A DNA stretch of 64,000 bases from the human T2T-CHM13v2.0 reference genome, Homo sapiens: the NCBI RefSeq assembly GCF_009914755.1, contig NC_060931.1; one strand, 5' to 3'. The position numbers and the translations under genes are program-made. The notes under the pieces were generated by a model. It had not been told where the DNA came from. It worked only from the letters and a program-made list of their open reading frames with translations, and ran no database searches. Positions 14,521-31,056 of the stretch are shown here, piece after piece (the first letter of the stretch is position 1; each line of letters starts with the position of its first letter).

Positions 14521-15104
14521 TAAAATGTCATATATTTTGAACTGACTGACTTCTCCAAAAACTTATGGTTATTAGTTGAGAGAGAAAACTTGAGAGAAAG
14601 TTTCCCTGCACTTGGATGAGAGGAGAGCGGAACAGCCTGCATCTCTGGTGCTGGGGAGTATCAAACAAGGGGAATTGGGAGAAGGATGGAGGCAACAGCG
14701 TAGCTCTTTGCCTTTCAAAATTAAAATGGGATGCTGCTTTATATTACAAATCTAAGGAATTAGAAGAGCAGCAAACTAAGCAACTAAGTTTGTTCTCCTT
14801 GCATAAACTTTAAAAAGCCAGCTTAAAAGTTCTCAAGCTTAAAATTCGAAAAATGAAAACAAATGCATGGCATGACAGAGGGGATAATTCCTGCACTTTT
14901 GGAAATGTTCTCATGTTTTCTTCATTTCATCCTATGAATGAAAATGCCGTCAAAGGGGAATAAGGCTATTCGCAGAGTGCTCATCACCACGGTAACCACT
15001 GAGCATCTGTACCCTTTAGTATCTTCATTTTGATTATAATAAATGAGTTACGAATCTATATCTGGGGCCCTAGTTATATATTTGCCATATGTTCACACCA
15101 CATG

Positions 15105-15131
<27 letters not shown>
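15105..15131. repeat. (CA)n microsatellite
   Basis: Directly visible. Confidence 0.95.
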
Positions 15132-15136
<5 letters not shown>

Positions 15137-15721
15137 TATATGGTGACTAAGACTAAGAGTCAGCCTAAAAGAAGAATGATTTGGAGCGGGAGCTCTTGGA
15201 GGGAATGGTAGGAAAATAACAGGGATCCACTCAGTCTCATTTTCTACTAAATTTCAATAATGAGAAGTGTGCTCAGCAAATGTTTGTTGACTATATGAAT
15301 AAATGAAATGGTGCATTTAACCAGAATTGCATATTTAAATATGGTGGTAGTGTGTACAATATTAGAGGAAGGAAATGCAGGCAACAAGGAGAAGGCTTCT
15401 GCGATGATCCATGACACTCTGATATTGCCATTCTGTGCAAAGTTGCTCACATTTTGACATTCATGATCATTTTTAATTCCCCAAAACAAGCAACTGAACT
15501 TTCAACTTCCTTTTATTACCATAAAATAGATGCAATAGATACCCTCACCCCATTCCTCACCCACCCCCCAATTAGCTTTACCTGGTGCCTAATCCACAGC
15601 CCATCCCAGACTCACCCTATCCCTCCTTAGACTTCTCTGTATCTTTTACCCGATCCTTCCAGGTGTCCAAACAGTGTCATCCGGTGTCCTGACATGCGGC
15701 CCCAATGGACTGATCCAGGGT

Positions 15722-16030
15722 GGAAAGGAAGAGTGAGAAGAAATCAGACAGAAGAATTCAGGAGATGTGGCAACAGAGTGGATGTAGCAGAAGGGACATA
15801 GAGAGTGCCTAAAGATGAGTCTTTGGTCAGCATGTGATGAAAAGAATGAAGACACTGGGGAAGTGGGGAGCAGAAGCGGATGTGGGCCCAGGAGGAAGAA
15901 GGTAGGTTTGGACTGGGGCATGCTGAGGTCAGTAGCAACATCAAAGTCCTGAGCACCCTCATATTGTTGCAGATTCCAGAGAGCAGAGATGGCAAAAAGA
16001 TGCATGGAAGAGAGACACAGCAGGGTCGGG
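15722..16030 (-). mobile_element. L2 fragment
   Basis: Purine-rich L2 antisense pattern (gggaagtggggagcag..aggtttggactggggcatgctgag). Confidence 0.65.
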
Positions 16031-16371
16031 TTCTGGCCTCAGGAGCCAAGGGGGAAGTGCCTGAGGAGACCCCCAAATGAGGCCTGTGTCAATGAGGTCT
16101 TTAGGGGACTGGTTTCCATGTATGCCAGGCCATACTCCCTGGATTCCCAGCATTGAGAAGACCAAACACTTCTACACATTTATTACTGAAGCCCCCTGCA
16201 AGCTGAAGGCGGAGGAAGTGGCCAATCTCCTAAGCCGTGTGTGGCTGAGGCAGTTGTCAGAGCTGTGATGAGGGAAATGCTCATTATTCTTCTATCCCTC
16301 ACTTGGCCAAATAAAGAACTTCTTAGAATTCTTCCCCTGTGACAAAACGGGGCTGTGATTTGGAAAGCCTC

Positions 16372-16820
16372 AGGCAAGTTTGCTAGGGCCGCGGTAACCA
16401 AGCACCACAGACTGGGTGGCTTCAAAACTGGACGGCTTCAACAGAAAGTTATTGTTGCTCAGTTCTGGAAGCCAGAAGTCCAAAATCAAGGTACTTGCAG
16501 GGTCAGTTCGATCTGAGGGCTGCGAGGGAAGGATCTGTTGTAGACCTCTCTCCTAGGTTTGCAGGCACTGGTCCTGATGTTCACAGGGCATCCTTCCTGT
16601 GCCTTCACATCATCTTCTCTCTGAATGTATCTCTGGGTCCAAATTTCCCTATTTTAAAATAAGGAAATCAGTCCTATTGGGTTAGCACCCCGCCCCTCAC
16701 TTTAACTTGATTACCTCTGTAAAGACCCTACCTCCAAATAAGATCACATTCTGCGTACTGAGGGCTAGGACCTCAACATCTGAATTCAGGGTGGGTGGAT
16801 GCACAATTCATTCCATAACA
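16372..16820 (-). mobile_element. MaLR solo LTR (MLT1C/D-like)
   Basis: agggccgcggtaacc..gttctggaagccagaagtccaaaatcaagg..cacaattcattccataaca. Confidence 0.85.
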
Positions 16821-17742
16821 TTAAGAAGGAAGGGATAAGTGCCCAAGGAATCACATGCTCGCTTGGGGAGAGTTCCAAGCGTGCAGAGCTGGTGGTCATA
16901 GCCTAGCCTCAGGCCTTCGGAAATCCCCTGAATCTGGTTTTCCCAGTTCTCATAATCTCATTTCACCAAAATACGGCATCTCAATACATTCCATGCATTT
17001 CTGGTGACAAGCTCATTCTGGTGCACGCTAAGCAATGTGCTAACTACGTCTTAACTAGGGTGGTTTAACTGGTTTGGTTAACATAGATCTCTGAGTCATT
17101 TCACCCATTCCTTAAGCCTAAACAAATCTCATCCAGGTGTTTAAGACATTGCACAATATTAGACCATCTGAAGCTCCATCTCCTTGGGGCAATGATGATG
17201 ATGGTGATGAAAGTGGCTGGTGACTGTTCTCAGTCTCATCGCCATAATGGAACCCTACGTTGTGTTCCTCCACACTGGTGTGAGGGACACTACTAAGTGC
17301 GGCAGAGTTTGCACTCAGGATAGAGAAATATGGACTCACGCACAGATTCCAGCTGAGTCCCTCTGATGTGCTAGGTACTATGTCCAGCCCCCCAGGATTC
17401 ACCTGTAAGCAGGACAGTCTTTTGGATGACAGAGGGAATTCTCATATATCCACAGGCAGATGGAATTTACAAGTGGAAAGACCTAGAAGTTCAGAGACAG
17501 GGGGACTGAACTTTTTGCTTTCAGTCAGAATCTTTGCTTACGGTTGTGCAAATGCTTGCATTGGTGGGTTTCCATGCCATATAACGTGCTACATATTTTT
17601 ACGTTACCCTTGCACATAAGCATACTGTTGGGAGGGAAAATGAAGAGGGTGGAGGTGGTAACAAACTCAAGCTAAGGAAATGGAATTTGGATGGGTACAA
17701 AGTCCAGAGAATTAGCTTGAGGAAAATGAACCAGGATTCACA

Positions 17743-18256
17743 CAGGAGTTTTCAAACATCTCAATATCAGGACCCCTTTACCCTCTTAAAACTTACTTCG
17801 TGAGGACCTTAAAGAGCTTTTGTTTGTGTGACTTATATGTATTAATATTTACTATATTAGAAATTAAAAGTAAGGAATGGTTGTAATATGTGTTCATTCA
17901 TTTAAAATAACTATAACAAACTCTTTATTTTTTAACATTAATAATGGTTTTCATGAAAAGTAACTATATTTCCCCCAACCCCCACAAAATGTAATGATAA
18001 GATTGGCATTGTGTTATATTTTTAGAAATTTATTTAATATCTGGTCTTAGAGAAGATGGCTAAAATCTCCTATCTACTTCTGTATTCAATCTGTTACTTA
18101 CGTTGCTTTGGCTGAAGTATAAAAAGAAAATCCAGTCTTACACAGTAAAGTCAAGTCTTAGATAGGTATACAGTTGGAAAAGGCAGGATTTGCGATCTCT
18201 CAGAAAGAACCTAGGGACCCCCAGCAGTCCCCTAGCCATATTTTGAGAATTGTTGG
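17743..18256. mobile_element. hAT-Charlie DNA transposon remnant
   Basis: caggagttttcaaac..ggacccctttac..ttttgagaattgttg termini. Confidence 0.65.
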
Positions 18257-18435
18257 ACTAATAGTGGTTTTATAATCTTGTTATATCCTGATTGGATTTC
18301 TCTTTCTAACTATACCATTAAACGGAAACTCAAATTTCAGAATTTTAATCCATAATATGAAATTTTAGATATGGATTAGTGTCATGTAGATATATGCAAA
18401 GTCTTAACTCTTTCTACCTCCACATTTAAGAAGTC

Positions 18436-18690
18436 AGTACAGTGGCATGACTTTGGCTCACTGCAACCTCTGCCTCCCGGGTTCAAGCGATTCTTGTGCA
18501 TCAGCCATCCGAGTAGCTGGGATTACAGGCACGCACCACCACACCTGGCTAATATTTGTATTTTGAGTAGAGACAGGGTTTCGCCATGTTGGCCAGGCTG
18601 ATCTTGAACTCCTGGCCTCAAGTGATCTGCCTGCCTCAGCCTCCCAGTGCCCGCAATGGGATTGCAGGCATGAGCCACTGCACCAGGACT
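18436..18690 (-). mobile_element. Alu (partial)
   Basis: Lacks tail end. Confidence 0.9.
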
Positions 18691-18864
18691 AAAAGTCACT
18701 ATCTTTTAGTTTGTTTGCGGTGAAAAAAAATAGTTTAAAAAATAAATTAGAAACAGACACTATTACCCAGTATCTATATTTAATCACAGAAATATTTCTT
18801 AATGCTTCCAACTCTGAAGTCCCAGACATTCTTAACTATGTACTGTAGTTATAAATAATATGAA

Positions 18865-19169
18865 GGCTGGAGCACAGTGGCTCACGCCAGTAATCCCAGC
18901 ACTTTAGGAGGCCATGACAGGCAGATTGCTTGAGCCAAGGAGTTCGAGACCAGCCTGGGCAACATAGTGAGACCCCTCTCCCGCCTCATCTCTACAGTAA
19001 ATAAATTAGTCAAGTGTGGTGGCAATGTGTCTGTAGTCCCAGCTACTCAGGAGGCTGAGGTGGGAGGATCCCTTGAGCCCAGGAGGTCAAGGCTGAAGTG
19101 AGCTGTAATTGCACCACTGCATTCCAGCTTGGTCGACACAGCGACAGCGTTTTTCAAAAAGAAAGAAAA
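18865..19169 (+). mobile_element. Alu (AluJ-like)
   Basis: Diverged dimer. Confidence 0.9.
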
Positions 19170-19174
19170 TATGT

Positions 19175-22306
<3,132 letters not shown>

Positions 22307-22864
22307 TGTCTCAGTTATTTATTACTGTGTAACAAACTACCCTAAAATTTAGTGGCTTAAAACAAAAACCATGTAATTGTTCATGATTCTGTGGGTCAGG
22401 AATTCAGACAGGGCTCAGTGGGGATGGTTCACCTCTGCTCCACATCATGTTGCCTGGGGCTGGAAGATCCAAGATGACCTCACTCACGGGCTTAGGCATT
22501 GGTGCTGGCTGATGGCAGGGGGAGCTCACTTCTCTTCCAAGGACCTCTCTCTTTTCTCTCTCTCTCTATCTTTCCCCCCAATCCTCCACCCCACCCTTCA
22601 CTCTTGCTCTCACTCTATCTCTGTGGTCTCTCATCATTCAGTAGTCATATTTACATTGAGGTAGCTGGCTCACCAAAGGAACTGGAAATGCTCTCAAGGA
22701 TCAGAAATCAGTGTCACTTCTCCCACATTCTACTGACCTGACCAAAGTAAATCTCAGGATCCACCTAGAATCATGCAGAGAAGAAAGACTCCACTTCTTG
22801 GCTGAAAGAGCTGCGTGGTACACAGGGTTTGTTGGTGGCCATTTTTTGCAGAAAAGCTACTACA
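22307..22864 (-). mobile_element. MaLR LTR (older MLT1)
   Basis: tattactgtgtaacaaactaccctaaaatttagtggcttaaaac. Confidence 0.8.
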
Positions 22865-22985
22865 GTGGCTGACTCCTAGCAAGGTGTTTCTAAGTTCCTT
22901 CACTGGACAAATTAATATTAGTCAATTGCCTTAAAGAAATAGAGTTATCTTATTTGGTGGACTCCCAAATGCCATCCACACTGTG

Positions 22986-23125
22986 TGTAAGATGCACATA
23001 GTTTTATGCACTGTTTTAAAAGAAAGCCACCAAATAAAATGGGACATGATATCAATTGTTAAGATCAATTTCAGAGATACTAAATGATGGAGGAAATATG
23101 CATGTTAGAATTAATAAAAATGGTA
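22986..23125. mobile_element. MER104-like (TcMar-Tc2)
   Basis: tgtaagatgcac..aatttcagagatactaaatg..gcatgttagaatt. Confidence 0.55.
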
Positions 23126-23567
23126 ATTATTCACTATATAACTCAACAGAATTTAAAAATGAATGGATAAAAATCTGAGGTGTAAAAATAAGTCACTCTT
23201 TTGATCACTGAGTCTATTAATTGAATATCAACTTACATAGGTCTTATCCTGACTAAGGTGCTGATGATCTGGCCTACTGTCTAGTAGAACAGGGCCTTAA
23301 GGAACCATTATTTCTCCCCCATCCCCTCATCAAACCATGAGGAAAAGCCTGATGAGGGAAGCAAGCAATGAATCAGTAAAATGAACATTTTAAAGAATAA
23401 GAGGTCCTGTGAGTGTCTGGGGGGAAATAAAGAAGGTGATGAGGGATAATAACAAACCACCTCCTTTAGACAGGGGTGGTTACCGAAGGGCATGTGAAGA
23501 AAGGATGTTGAAGCAGAGACCCAGGGATTAAAAAGAATCAGCCATGCAAAAAGCAGAGGAAGGTACT

Positions 23568-23943
23568 TGTATTAGTCCGTTTTCATGCTGCTGATAAAGA
23601 CATACCTGAGACTGGGTGACATACAAAAGAAAGAGGTTTAATTGGACTTACAATTCCACGTGGCTGGGGAAGCCTCACAATCATGGTAGAAGGAAAGGAG
23701 GAGCAAGTGCCATCTTACATGGATGGCAGCATGCAAAGAGAGAATGAGGAAGACACAAAAGCAGACAGCCCTGATAATACCATCAGATCTCATGAGATTT
23801 ATTCACTACCACAAGAACAGTATGGAGGAAACCGCCCTCATTGTTCAATTATCCCCCACTGGGTCCCTTCCACAACATGTGGGAATTATGAGAGTACAAT
23901 TCCAGATGAGATTTGGGTGGGGACATATAGCCAAACCATATCA
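23568..23943 (-). mobile_element. THE1 solo LTR inserted in L2 (L2 ~23290-24045, minus)
   Basis: tgtattagtccgttttcatgctgctgataaagacatacctgagactggg..ccaaaccatatca. Confidence 0.92.
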
Positions 23944-24596
23944 GTGTTCTAGACCAGGCAGAGGACACAGTAAGTACAAAGTTGCTGAGATGGGAAAGAG
24001 CTTGGCACATTCTTAGAAGTGAAAGTAGATTGGTTTCATTGGAGCGCAATGAGCAAATTCCTCCATTAAACATCTGTTTAAATATCTGCGAAGCAAAACA
24101 ACCACAACAAAAACCAACTAGATCCAGAATTTTCCAAGTCTATCAACATCTTTGGGAGGAAAAAAATGGGCCCTATAGTGGGTTTTCTAAACCCTCTTAC
24201 TAGCCAGATGTTGAGAATGTTTCTTGGGTTTATAGGAGCTTATTGATTAAGTCACTGTTTCTTAAACATGAGTAATGAAGTAACCCTTTAAATGGAAAAA
24301 TATTATAAATCATTAGTGTGGACAAATCATTTTAATTATGTTTCTTTAAGATAAATGAAGTATAAATGCTGTATATGCATAGCTGTTATGCAAATCTAAG
24401 AGTAAATCTAATGTAGGAATTAAATACAAACTAAACTACAAAACTAACAAAATGAAAATTATCAATATTAATTCAGAGTAATGGTTGATGTTATTTGCTG
24501 CCACTAACTTGTTGATGTTTGGTTTAATAGTAGAAAATAAACTGATGTATTTAGTTTTACTTGTTGCAAATGTTGGCCGTTGGAACTGTTATTATT

Positions 24597-24880
24597 ATTG
24601 AGACAGGGTCTCTCTCTTTCACCCAGGCTGGGTGCAGTGGCACAATCAGGGCTCAATGAAGTCCCTATCTCCTCGGCTCAAGAGATTCTCCCATCTCAGC
24701 CTCCTGAGTAGCTGGGACCACAGGGACATGCCACCACGCTGGGCTAATTTTTTTATTTTTTATAGAGACAGAGTCTGACTCTGTTGCCCAGGCTGGTTTT
24801 GAACTGCTGGGCTCAAGCAATTCTCCCGCCTCGGCCTCCCAAAGTGCTGGGATTACAAGTGTGAGCCACCACACCTGGCC
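24597..24880 (-). mobile_element. Alu (AluJ-like)
   Basis: Diverged dimer. Confidence 0.9.
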
Positions 24881-25340
24881 CTGGAACCATTATTGTTACT
24901 GTAATTATTGTTTTTCTTTTTAACAAACAAAGCTTTTTTAAAGCAATAGATCCATTATCTTGAAAGGCCAATTAGCACACTCCAAAATACAGTATTGAAA
25001 TTTAAAAATGCTGTTTAACAAAAGAAAATTTTTTGTTTTTCACTATAGCGTTTACTGCTAATTGATCATTGCTAATTTGTGTATATGAAGACAGGATTTC
25101 ATCACAAAACCACTGACTGAATTTGTACCTCCAGCCAGCTCTGCAGTCTTTGCGGCTTCATGTAGAGATGTTCCTAGCCATTCATTCTCCCACTGCCTTT
25201 CTCTGTGCAATGACCACAAAACCTCAGCATGTGTATTGTAATAGAATGTGGGTTTCCTTGGTATTAACATGACCATATGTTCAATGTAAATGCCCCTCTA
25301 AAACTGTATGGGGGACTTCAGTAAAAGGAGGTGGTCAAGA

Positions 25341-25899
25341 TGTTGCCGGAAAAAGGGGTCCCCATCTAGAGGCCAGGAGAGGGTTCTTGGATCTTGCACA
25401 GAAAAGAATTCAGGGTGAATCTCAAACCACAATGAAATAAGCAAGTTTATTAGAAACTACTCTGTTATTGAGTAGCACATCCTCAGAAAGCAGGACGAAA
25501 AACGTGCCGTCCTTTGTTAGTGTCTCTATTTATAAGAAACTATAGAGCTATAATTAAACTTAGAATGTACAGATGTGCTCACTGAAGGTAGGGGTTATTG
25601 GTGCTATCAATGACCATTAATTCTTCAACCTAAGCCTGCCCATTAACATTATATTTAAGAAAAGTGGGCTGTACTCTTAGGACATCTGGACATTCTGTAG
25701 GCCTGGTGGGAGATGTTCTGTGTGGCCATAATATTCTGCAATTAGAAGAGCAGTCAGCTTACAATGTGGCTATTTGCAGACCATAAGCATTCACTTTATA
25801 GGTGCTTTGTGAGTGCCTAGCTACGAGCTTTAAGATTGGGTCGCTCTAGTCACGTTTTGTTAAACTAAAAGCCTAGTAATCAGACACTCCTCTAATGCA
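25341..25899 (-). mobile_element. ERV1 solo LTR (MER41/MER4-group-like)
   Basis: tgttgccggaaaaaggggtcccc..gggttcttggatcttgcacagaaaagaattcaggg. Confidence 0.75.
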
Positions 25900-26160
25900 G
25901 GGATTCTAGAAAGTATTTTTATTACTTTAATAGTATTATAAATAGGAAAACACATTTTAGATTTTTATAGATTTAATGGGCTCTGGGGATATGCCAGAAG
26001 GCTCCAGGTTGAGAAGTGGTGCACACGTTAATATTCAGGTCATCTGAACTGATGTACAACCTCAAGAACGATCAACCCAATGTGAGTACAGCCAGATTAG
26101 TGCATCATGGAGCCCCAGCATGGGACATCTATCTGGTTTAGAAAGAACATGAATAAGGAA

Positions 26161-26250
26161 ATGTAAAACATATATATATATATAGCTGATAACATATAAA
26201 ACATATATATGGCTAATAACATATAAAACATATATATATAGCTAATAACA
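26161..26250. repeat. AT-rich ~30-bp tandem repeat (about 3 copies)
   Basis: aacatataaaacatatatat(a/g)gcta units. Confidence 0.8.
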
Positions 26251-26490
26251 ATAATCAGCACTTGTCTACAGTAGCTGCTTAACATGAGGCATTGTGTTAA
26301 GCGATTGATAAATATTATGTATGATTAAAATATGTAGTTCATTTACCAGCTACCACAGAGATATCCAACAGAATAACAGAATTCCAACTCGATCACTTAA
26401 AAAAAAAACACACACACAGGAAGGCAATTTGTTTCTAATTTAACAGCATTAGATCTAATGCTCCAAACAGAAATCTCTGAGGAGGAATTC

Positions 26491-27023
26491 GTTGTGGAGC
26501 AAATGGGGTTGCTGAGTGCAGAGGCCAATAACTATGGCACTGGCTTTTGAGAAAAGAAAGGCTTCATTGCAAAACCTGCCAGCAAAAAGACAGGGGTTGG
26601 GTTCAAATCTATCTCCTTGATTTGGGGTCTGGGGCAAGTTTATGGGCCTGAAGGGCAAGGGAAAAAGGATTTGGGAATGTTGGTTTGGTCTGATTGGAGG
26701 GCTTCAAATTTGGCCATTTACGGTAAGGTATGTTGAGGCAGACTTTAGCCCCAGATCTTCCAGGCCAATGGACCCCTCCTTCTGAAAGCGTTCTGGTGCG
26801 TTCTGGTGTGTTCTGGTGTTCATGTTCTGGTCATGGTCTGGTCCTCCTGGTTCTGAGTGGAGGAATCATTGGTTCTGGGTGTTGTTAGAGGTCAAAGCTT
26901 TTTCTATAGCACATGCCCAGGTTATATGACTTGCAGTTTTTTGGCTCTGTTATACCTACAAGGTAACTCGACACTTTTGTTATCAACAAAGCAGGCTCAG
27001 TTTGGGCTGGTCCCACAATTACA
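26491..27023 (-). mobile_element. ERV1 solo LTR (MER31/MER67-like)
   Basis: gccaataactatggcactggcttttgagaaaagaaagg..caaatctatctcc. Confidence 0.7.
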
Positions 27024-27108
27024 AAATTTCCTGCCCATTTCCCAGACCCAATCTCTCCTTGAGTTCCAGACTTGAATATCAAGACATATTTCAAATTTAC
27101 AACATCAG

Positions 27109-27598
27109 TGATAGAAGTTGTCCAAAGATGGTTGTTAACAACTCTTTCCCTCCCTGCTTCTCGCATCAGGCAGTGAAGCCTTTCTCCCCTTCCTTTGAAT
27201 AGGGTCTGGCCGTAGTGACTTGCTTGACCAATAAAACACAGCAGAAGTCGCTTTGTGCACTTGTTAGGCTAGGTCATAGGAATGTTTGGAACTTCCACCT
27301 GACTTTCTTGGAATGCAACTGCTTGGGACACTCCCTCTTGGAACTCAGCCACTCCTCTGTAAGAAGGCCAAGCAACATATGTTGGCACTGCTGTGGATGG
27401 CCCTTGCTCAGCTCCCAGCAGAGAGCCAGTAGTAACAAGAGCCATATAAGTGAGCCCCAGATGTCTCACTGTAACTGCAAGAGAAAAACAGAATCACCCA
27501 GCTAAGCCCAGTCAACCTACAGAAAGATGAAAGATAATACATTGCAGCTTTAAGTCACTCACTGTTGGGGTGGTTTTTTAGGCAGCAATAGGACACTA
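27109..27598 (+). mobile_element. MaLR LTR (MLT1H-like)
   Basis: gtgacttgcttgaccaata..ttttaggcagcaatag. Confidence 0.75.
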
Positions 27599-27864
27599 TA
27601 AGAGTGGCCAGACCAAGTCCTTCACTTCCCCTCACAAAACTTGCTCCTCACTCTGCTGTGTATGCCACCTTAGGAAAAAACTTCAGCTTGATCAGGTCAA
27701 AAATCTTGGAGTCATCCTTTATCTTTTCTTTTACTCAAATGTCACATCCACTCCATTAGCAAATTCTGTTGGCCCAACATCCCAGTCATATCCTGAATTT
27801 CTCCATTTATTACTCCTTGTGTGACCCCACCATCTTGGCCCTCCTGGGAACTCATGCAGTGACT

Positions 27865-28450
27865 GAGGATGCACAACTAACCAGGACAGACCCAGAGAAA
27901 TGAATGGGAGAGCTCTCAAACTCCATCTGGTACAAGGATTCATGTTCCTTTGAAGTTGGTCCTTTGCTCTGCAGATACTTGGACTTCAAGGGTGTGTTAC
28001 AGGGATGAAGTTGTTTGCAGTAAACATGGATGCACCAACAGAACCTGTTCCCAAGTTTCTGATGGAAGCCAGAGGCTCCACACAGGGATGTGCTTCAAAT
28101 GCATATCCCTTGGTTAGCTTCACATGCTAACCAAGATTGCTTTGCCCCCATACCACAAAGATTCTGTGTTGGAGTCAAAGAGCTGTAACTCTGTAAGTAC
28201 TTCAAAGCATTTCAAAAACCCTAAAGGGCAGTGTGTATGTATATTTACCCAGCACAGTGAAGGCAAAAACCACACTCGTGAATATTTTTAGCATTTGGGG
28301 CTGTCAGAAGAGCTGGGCCCTTGGCTAAATATATCCAGGCAGTTTCCCTACATTACTAGCAGGGTTTGTTTTCAATTCCTATTTCCTTCAAACAGCAGTC
28401 ATATTGAAGGAAATAAGCACTGTAATAATAAATACCTCTTTCTGCATCAT
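27865..28450 (+). pseudogene. Cadherin repeat remnants
   Basis: QDRPREMNG; SIW..SFEVGPL; YLDFK; QVSDG; YHKDSVLE; TQHSEGKNHTREY. Confidence 0.65.
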
Positions 28451-28876
28451 AAGTTATTATGGAAGTTTTTCCTATGTTTATTTTCTCTATAATTCCTATA
28501 AATAATAGGAATAAATAAAAAATAAAAGTGCCTATAAATCGTGCTCCTAATATGAATTTTTATTGGTAGGATCTTCTGTGAAGATTCAGAGATGTGGGCC
28601 ACCAGTTAACATAAGAAGTAGATGCAATTTCTTACAACCATTAACTAAGTCCTCTTTATACTTCATACATGTGTTAGCTAATTGAACTCTCTAACTAAAC
28701 TCTGATCTATCACTATCTTTTTCAGAAAGAATGAGAATCATCTAAGGTATCTCAATGATTAATTACAAATGACAATATCTAACACACATTAAATGCTCAG
28801 TGTGATGAGTGTTTTACATGCAATATATCACTGAATTCTCAAAACAACTTTGTCAGGTAAACCCTATTATTTTTAT

Positions 28877-29770
28877 TGTATAGAAAAAAATAAACTTTCT
28901 CTGTATGTTCACATTCAACACACTTCTGTGAGCAGGTATGTGGGTTTTTTCCCCACACATTCAATTCTCCTGTGGACATCAATTGGATGTCCTAAAATTC
29001 CATTGAATTCTGATTTTAATCAGAGTTGGCATAGACCTCACCAGTTAATGACTTAATCCCACAAGACTGTTCCCCATTTCAGATGCCAATCACAAGTCCT
29101 AGGTGTCACCTGTACTTCTGATGGACTGGCTATTAATCAGAGTTGTCACAACACCCTCCTCAGGTTTGAATATTTGCTAGGAAGGGTCACAGAACACAGA
29201 GGAGCACTAACTTACCATTACCAGTTTATTGTGTTAAAAAATAGGATAAAGGATATAGATGAACAGCCAGATGAAGAAATACAGAGGGTGAGGTCCAAAA
29301 GGGGCCGGGTGCAGGAGCTTCTGTCCTCGTGGAATTGAAATGCACCATGCTCCCAGCTTCTGTGTATGCTTCCCAACCCGGAAGCTCCCTGAAACTCATA
29401 GTTGAGGGATTTTTATATAGGAATGACCAATTAGTAACTCAATCTCCAGGCCCTCTTTCCTCCCTGGAGGATAGAAAATGGGGCTGAAAATTCCAACCTT
29501 CTAATCATGGCTTAATCTTTCTGATGACCAGCCCCCTTCTAGGAGTCTAGCAAGAGTTGTCTTATTCGAACAAAAGAAGCTCCTATTACCCAGAAAATTC
29601 CAAAGAATTAGAAGCTTTGTGTCAGGAATCAGGATCACAGACTAAATATTAGAACAATAATGTACCTAGCACCTCTATCATTCAGGAAATTTAAAAAGTT
29701 TAGGAACTCTGTGGTGGTGGCACAGTTATATACATATTTGGTGGCACGGGCCATATATATTTTTTATTGT
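28877..29770 (-). mobile_element. MER21-like LTR inserted in MIR
   Basis: ccacaagactgttccccatttcagatgccaatcacaagtcc; MIR halves on both sides. Confidence 0.8.
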
Positions 29771-30039
29771 TACCTTATCATCACCATTTTATAGGTGAGG
29801 AAACTAAGACACAGTATGTTTTAGTAACTAGCCCAAAGTCTCGCAGCAGGTAACTGGAGGAATTGGGTTCCAACCAACATCCATCTGACAGCAAAGCCAA
29901 AAGTCATAACCACTGTGCTATTCAAACTCGCTTCAGACATCTATACCACAATGGAGTGTGGGCACAGCAGCGGTTTGCAAGTAGGGCAGCTCCCAACTTG
30001 TTTGTCCAACATACTGATAACATACATATTTGGTCATTG

Positions 30040-30805
30040 AGATATTGTGATTTATAATAAGAAATATTATAATATAATCTTAATATAATCTCAGAAGGGT
30101 ATCTTTTGTATTCTAAGGTGAGATGACTAACGGCTGGGGCCTCCTGGAGAGCCTTGGAGGGAGGCTAGCTGCCAGGGGAAACAAGTATGTAATTAGAGGG
30201 TTAGAACTTTCAGCATCAGCCTCTCACCTTCAGGGAGGGGCTGAAAGTTGAGTTAATCACCACGGCCAATGATTTAAATCAATCATGCCCTACATAGTGA
30301 AATCTCCATAAAAACCCAATAGGACAGGGCTCAAAGAGCTTCTGGGTTTGTGAATAAGAATCCGTCCATGTGCTGGGAGGCTGACACACTCCAGCTCCAC
30401 AGGGACAGAAGTTCCCGTGCCCTGCACCATTCCGGACCTCACCCTGTGTATCTCTTAATCTGACTGTTTATCTGTAGCCTTTGTAATAAACCAGTAAACA
30501 TTAAGTGTTTCCCAGCCCTGTGAGCTGTTCTAGTAAATGACTGAACCTGAGAAGGGGGTCATGGGAACCCTTGATTCAGAGTACAGATCACAAGCTGGGA
30601 CTTACTACTGGCACTGGAGTAGGGGCAGTCTTGTGGGGTCTGTGCTCTGTATTCATCAGTGCAGCCTGGAGTTGGACATCCAGTTGGTGTCTGCAGAGAA
30701 CTGGAGAATTATTCCCACACAGAATAACCCCTATACATTTGGCAGCCAGAAGTGAAGTGTGAGTGTAAGCATGGTGAAAAATACAGTTTGTTTTTCTCAG
30801 TCACT
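30040..30805 (+). mobile_element. MER21-like LTR (opposite orientation)
   Basis: attagagggttagaactttcagc..gtaataaaccagtaaac; reverse-complement similarity to 29460-29540. Confidence 0.8.
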
Positions 30806-30914
30806 CAGCTGCAGAACCTTCCTCTACCCTCAGGCCCCATACTGTTGACATTTCTGGAAAGGGAGCCCCTTTCAGACTGCATTCCTCCCACTAGAGGACT
30901 CTGTCCTTCCCCAA

Positions 30915-30917
<3 letters not shown>

Positions 30918-30979
<62 letters not shown>

Positions 30980-31056
30980 TCTCCCTCTCCCCCTCTCTCC
31001 CCTCTCTCCCCTCTCTCCCCTCTCTCCCCTCTCTCCCCTCTCTCCCCTCTCTCCCC
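30918..31056. repeat. (CT)n followed by (CTCTCCCCT)n 9-mer
   Basis: Directly visible. Confidence 0.95.

Larger units (their letters stand above)
13255..17740 (+). pseudogene. Cadherin repeat remnants (~8-9 repeats, interrupted by MIR, Alu, L2, MLT1)
   Basis: LNFES..FILYSTESFGG; LQVYAADG; EKT*EKVSLHLD-RGERNSLHL..VSNKG; HDRGDNSCTF..MNENAVKGE..SAHHHGNH*ASVPFSI; VCTILEEGN; TVSS..CGPNGLIQ; GEVPEETP; YSLDSQH*EDQTL..LQAEGGG..DEGNAH; ELVVIA*; QDRE..LSPSDVLG..SLLDDRGNS. Confidence 0.8.
22870..25335 (+). pseudogene. Short cadherin remnants between repeats
   Basis: FLSSFTGQINISQL (~22885); FSKPSY*PDVENVS..SLL (24183-24245); KTG..ITKPLTE and NVGFLGIN (25085-25280). Confidence 0.6.
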
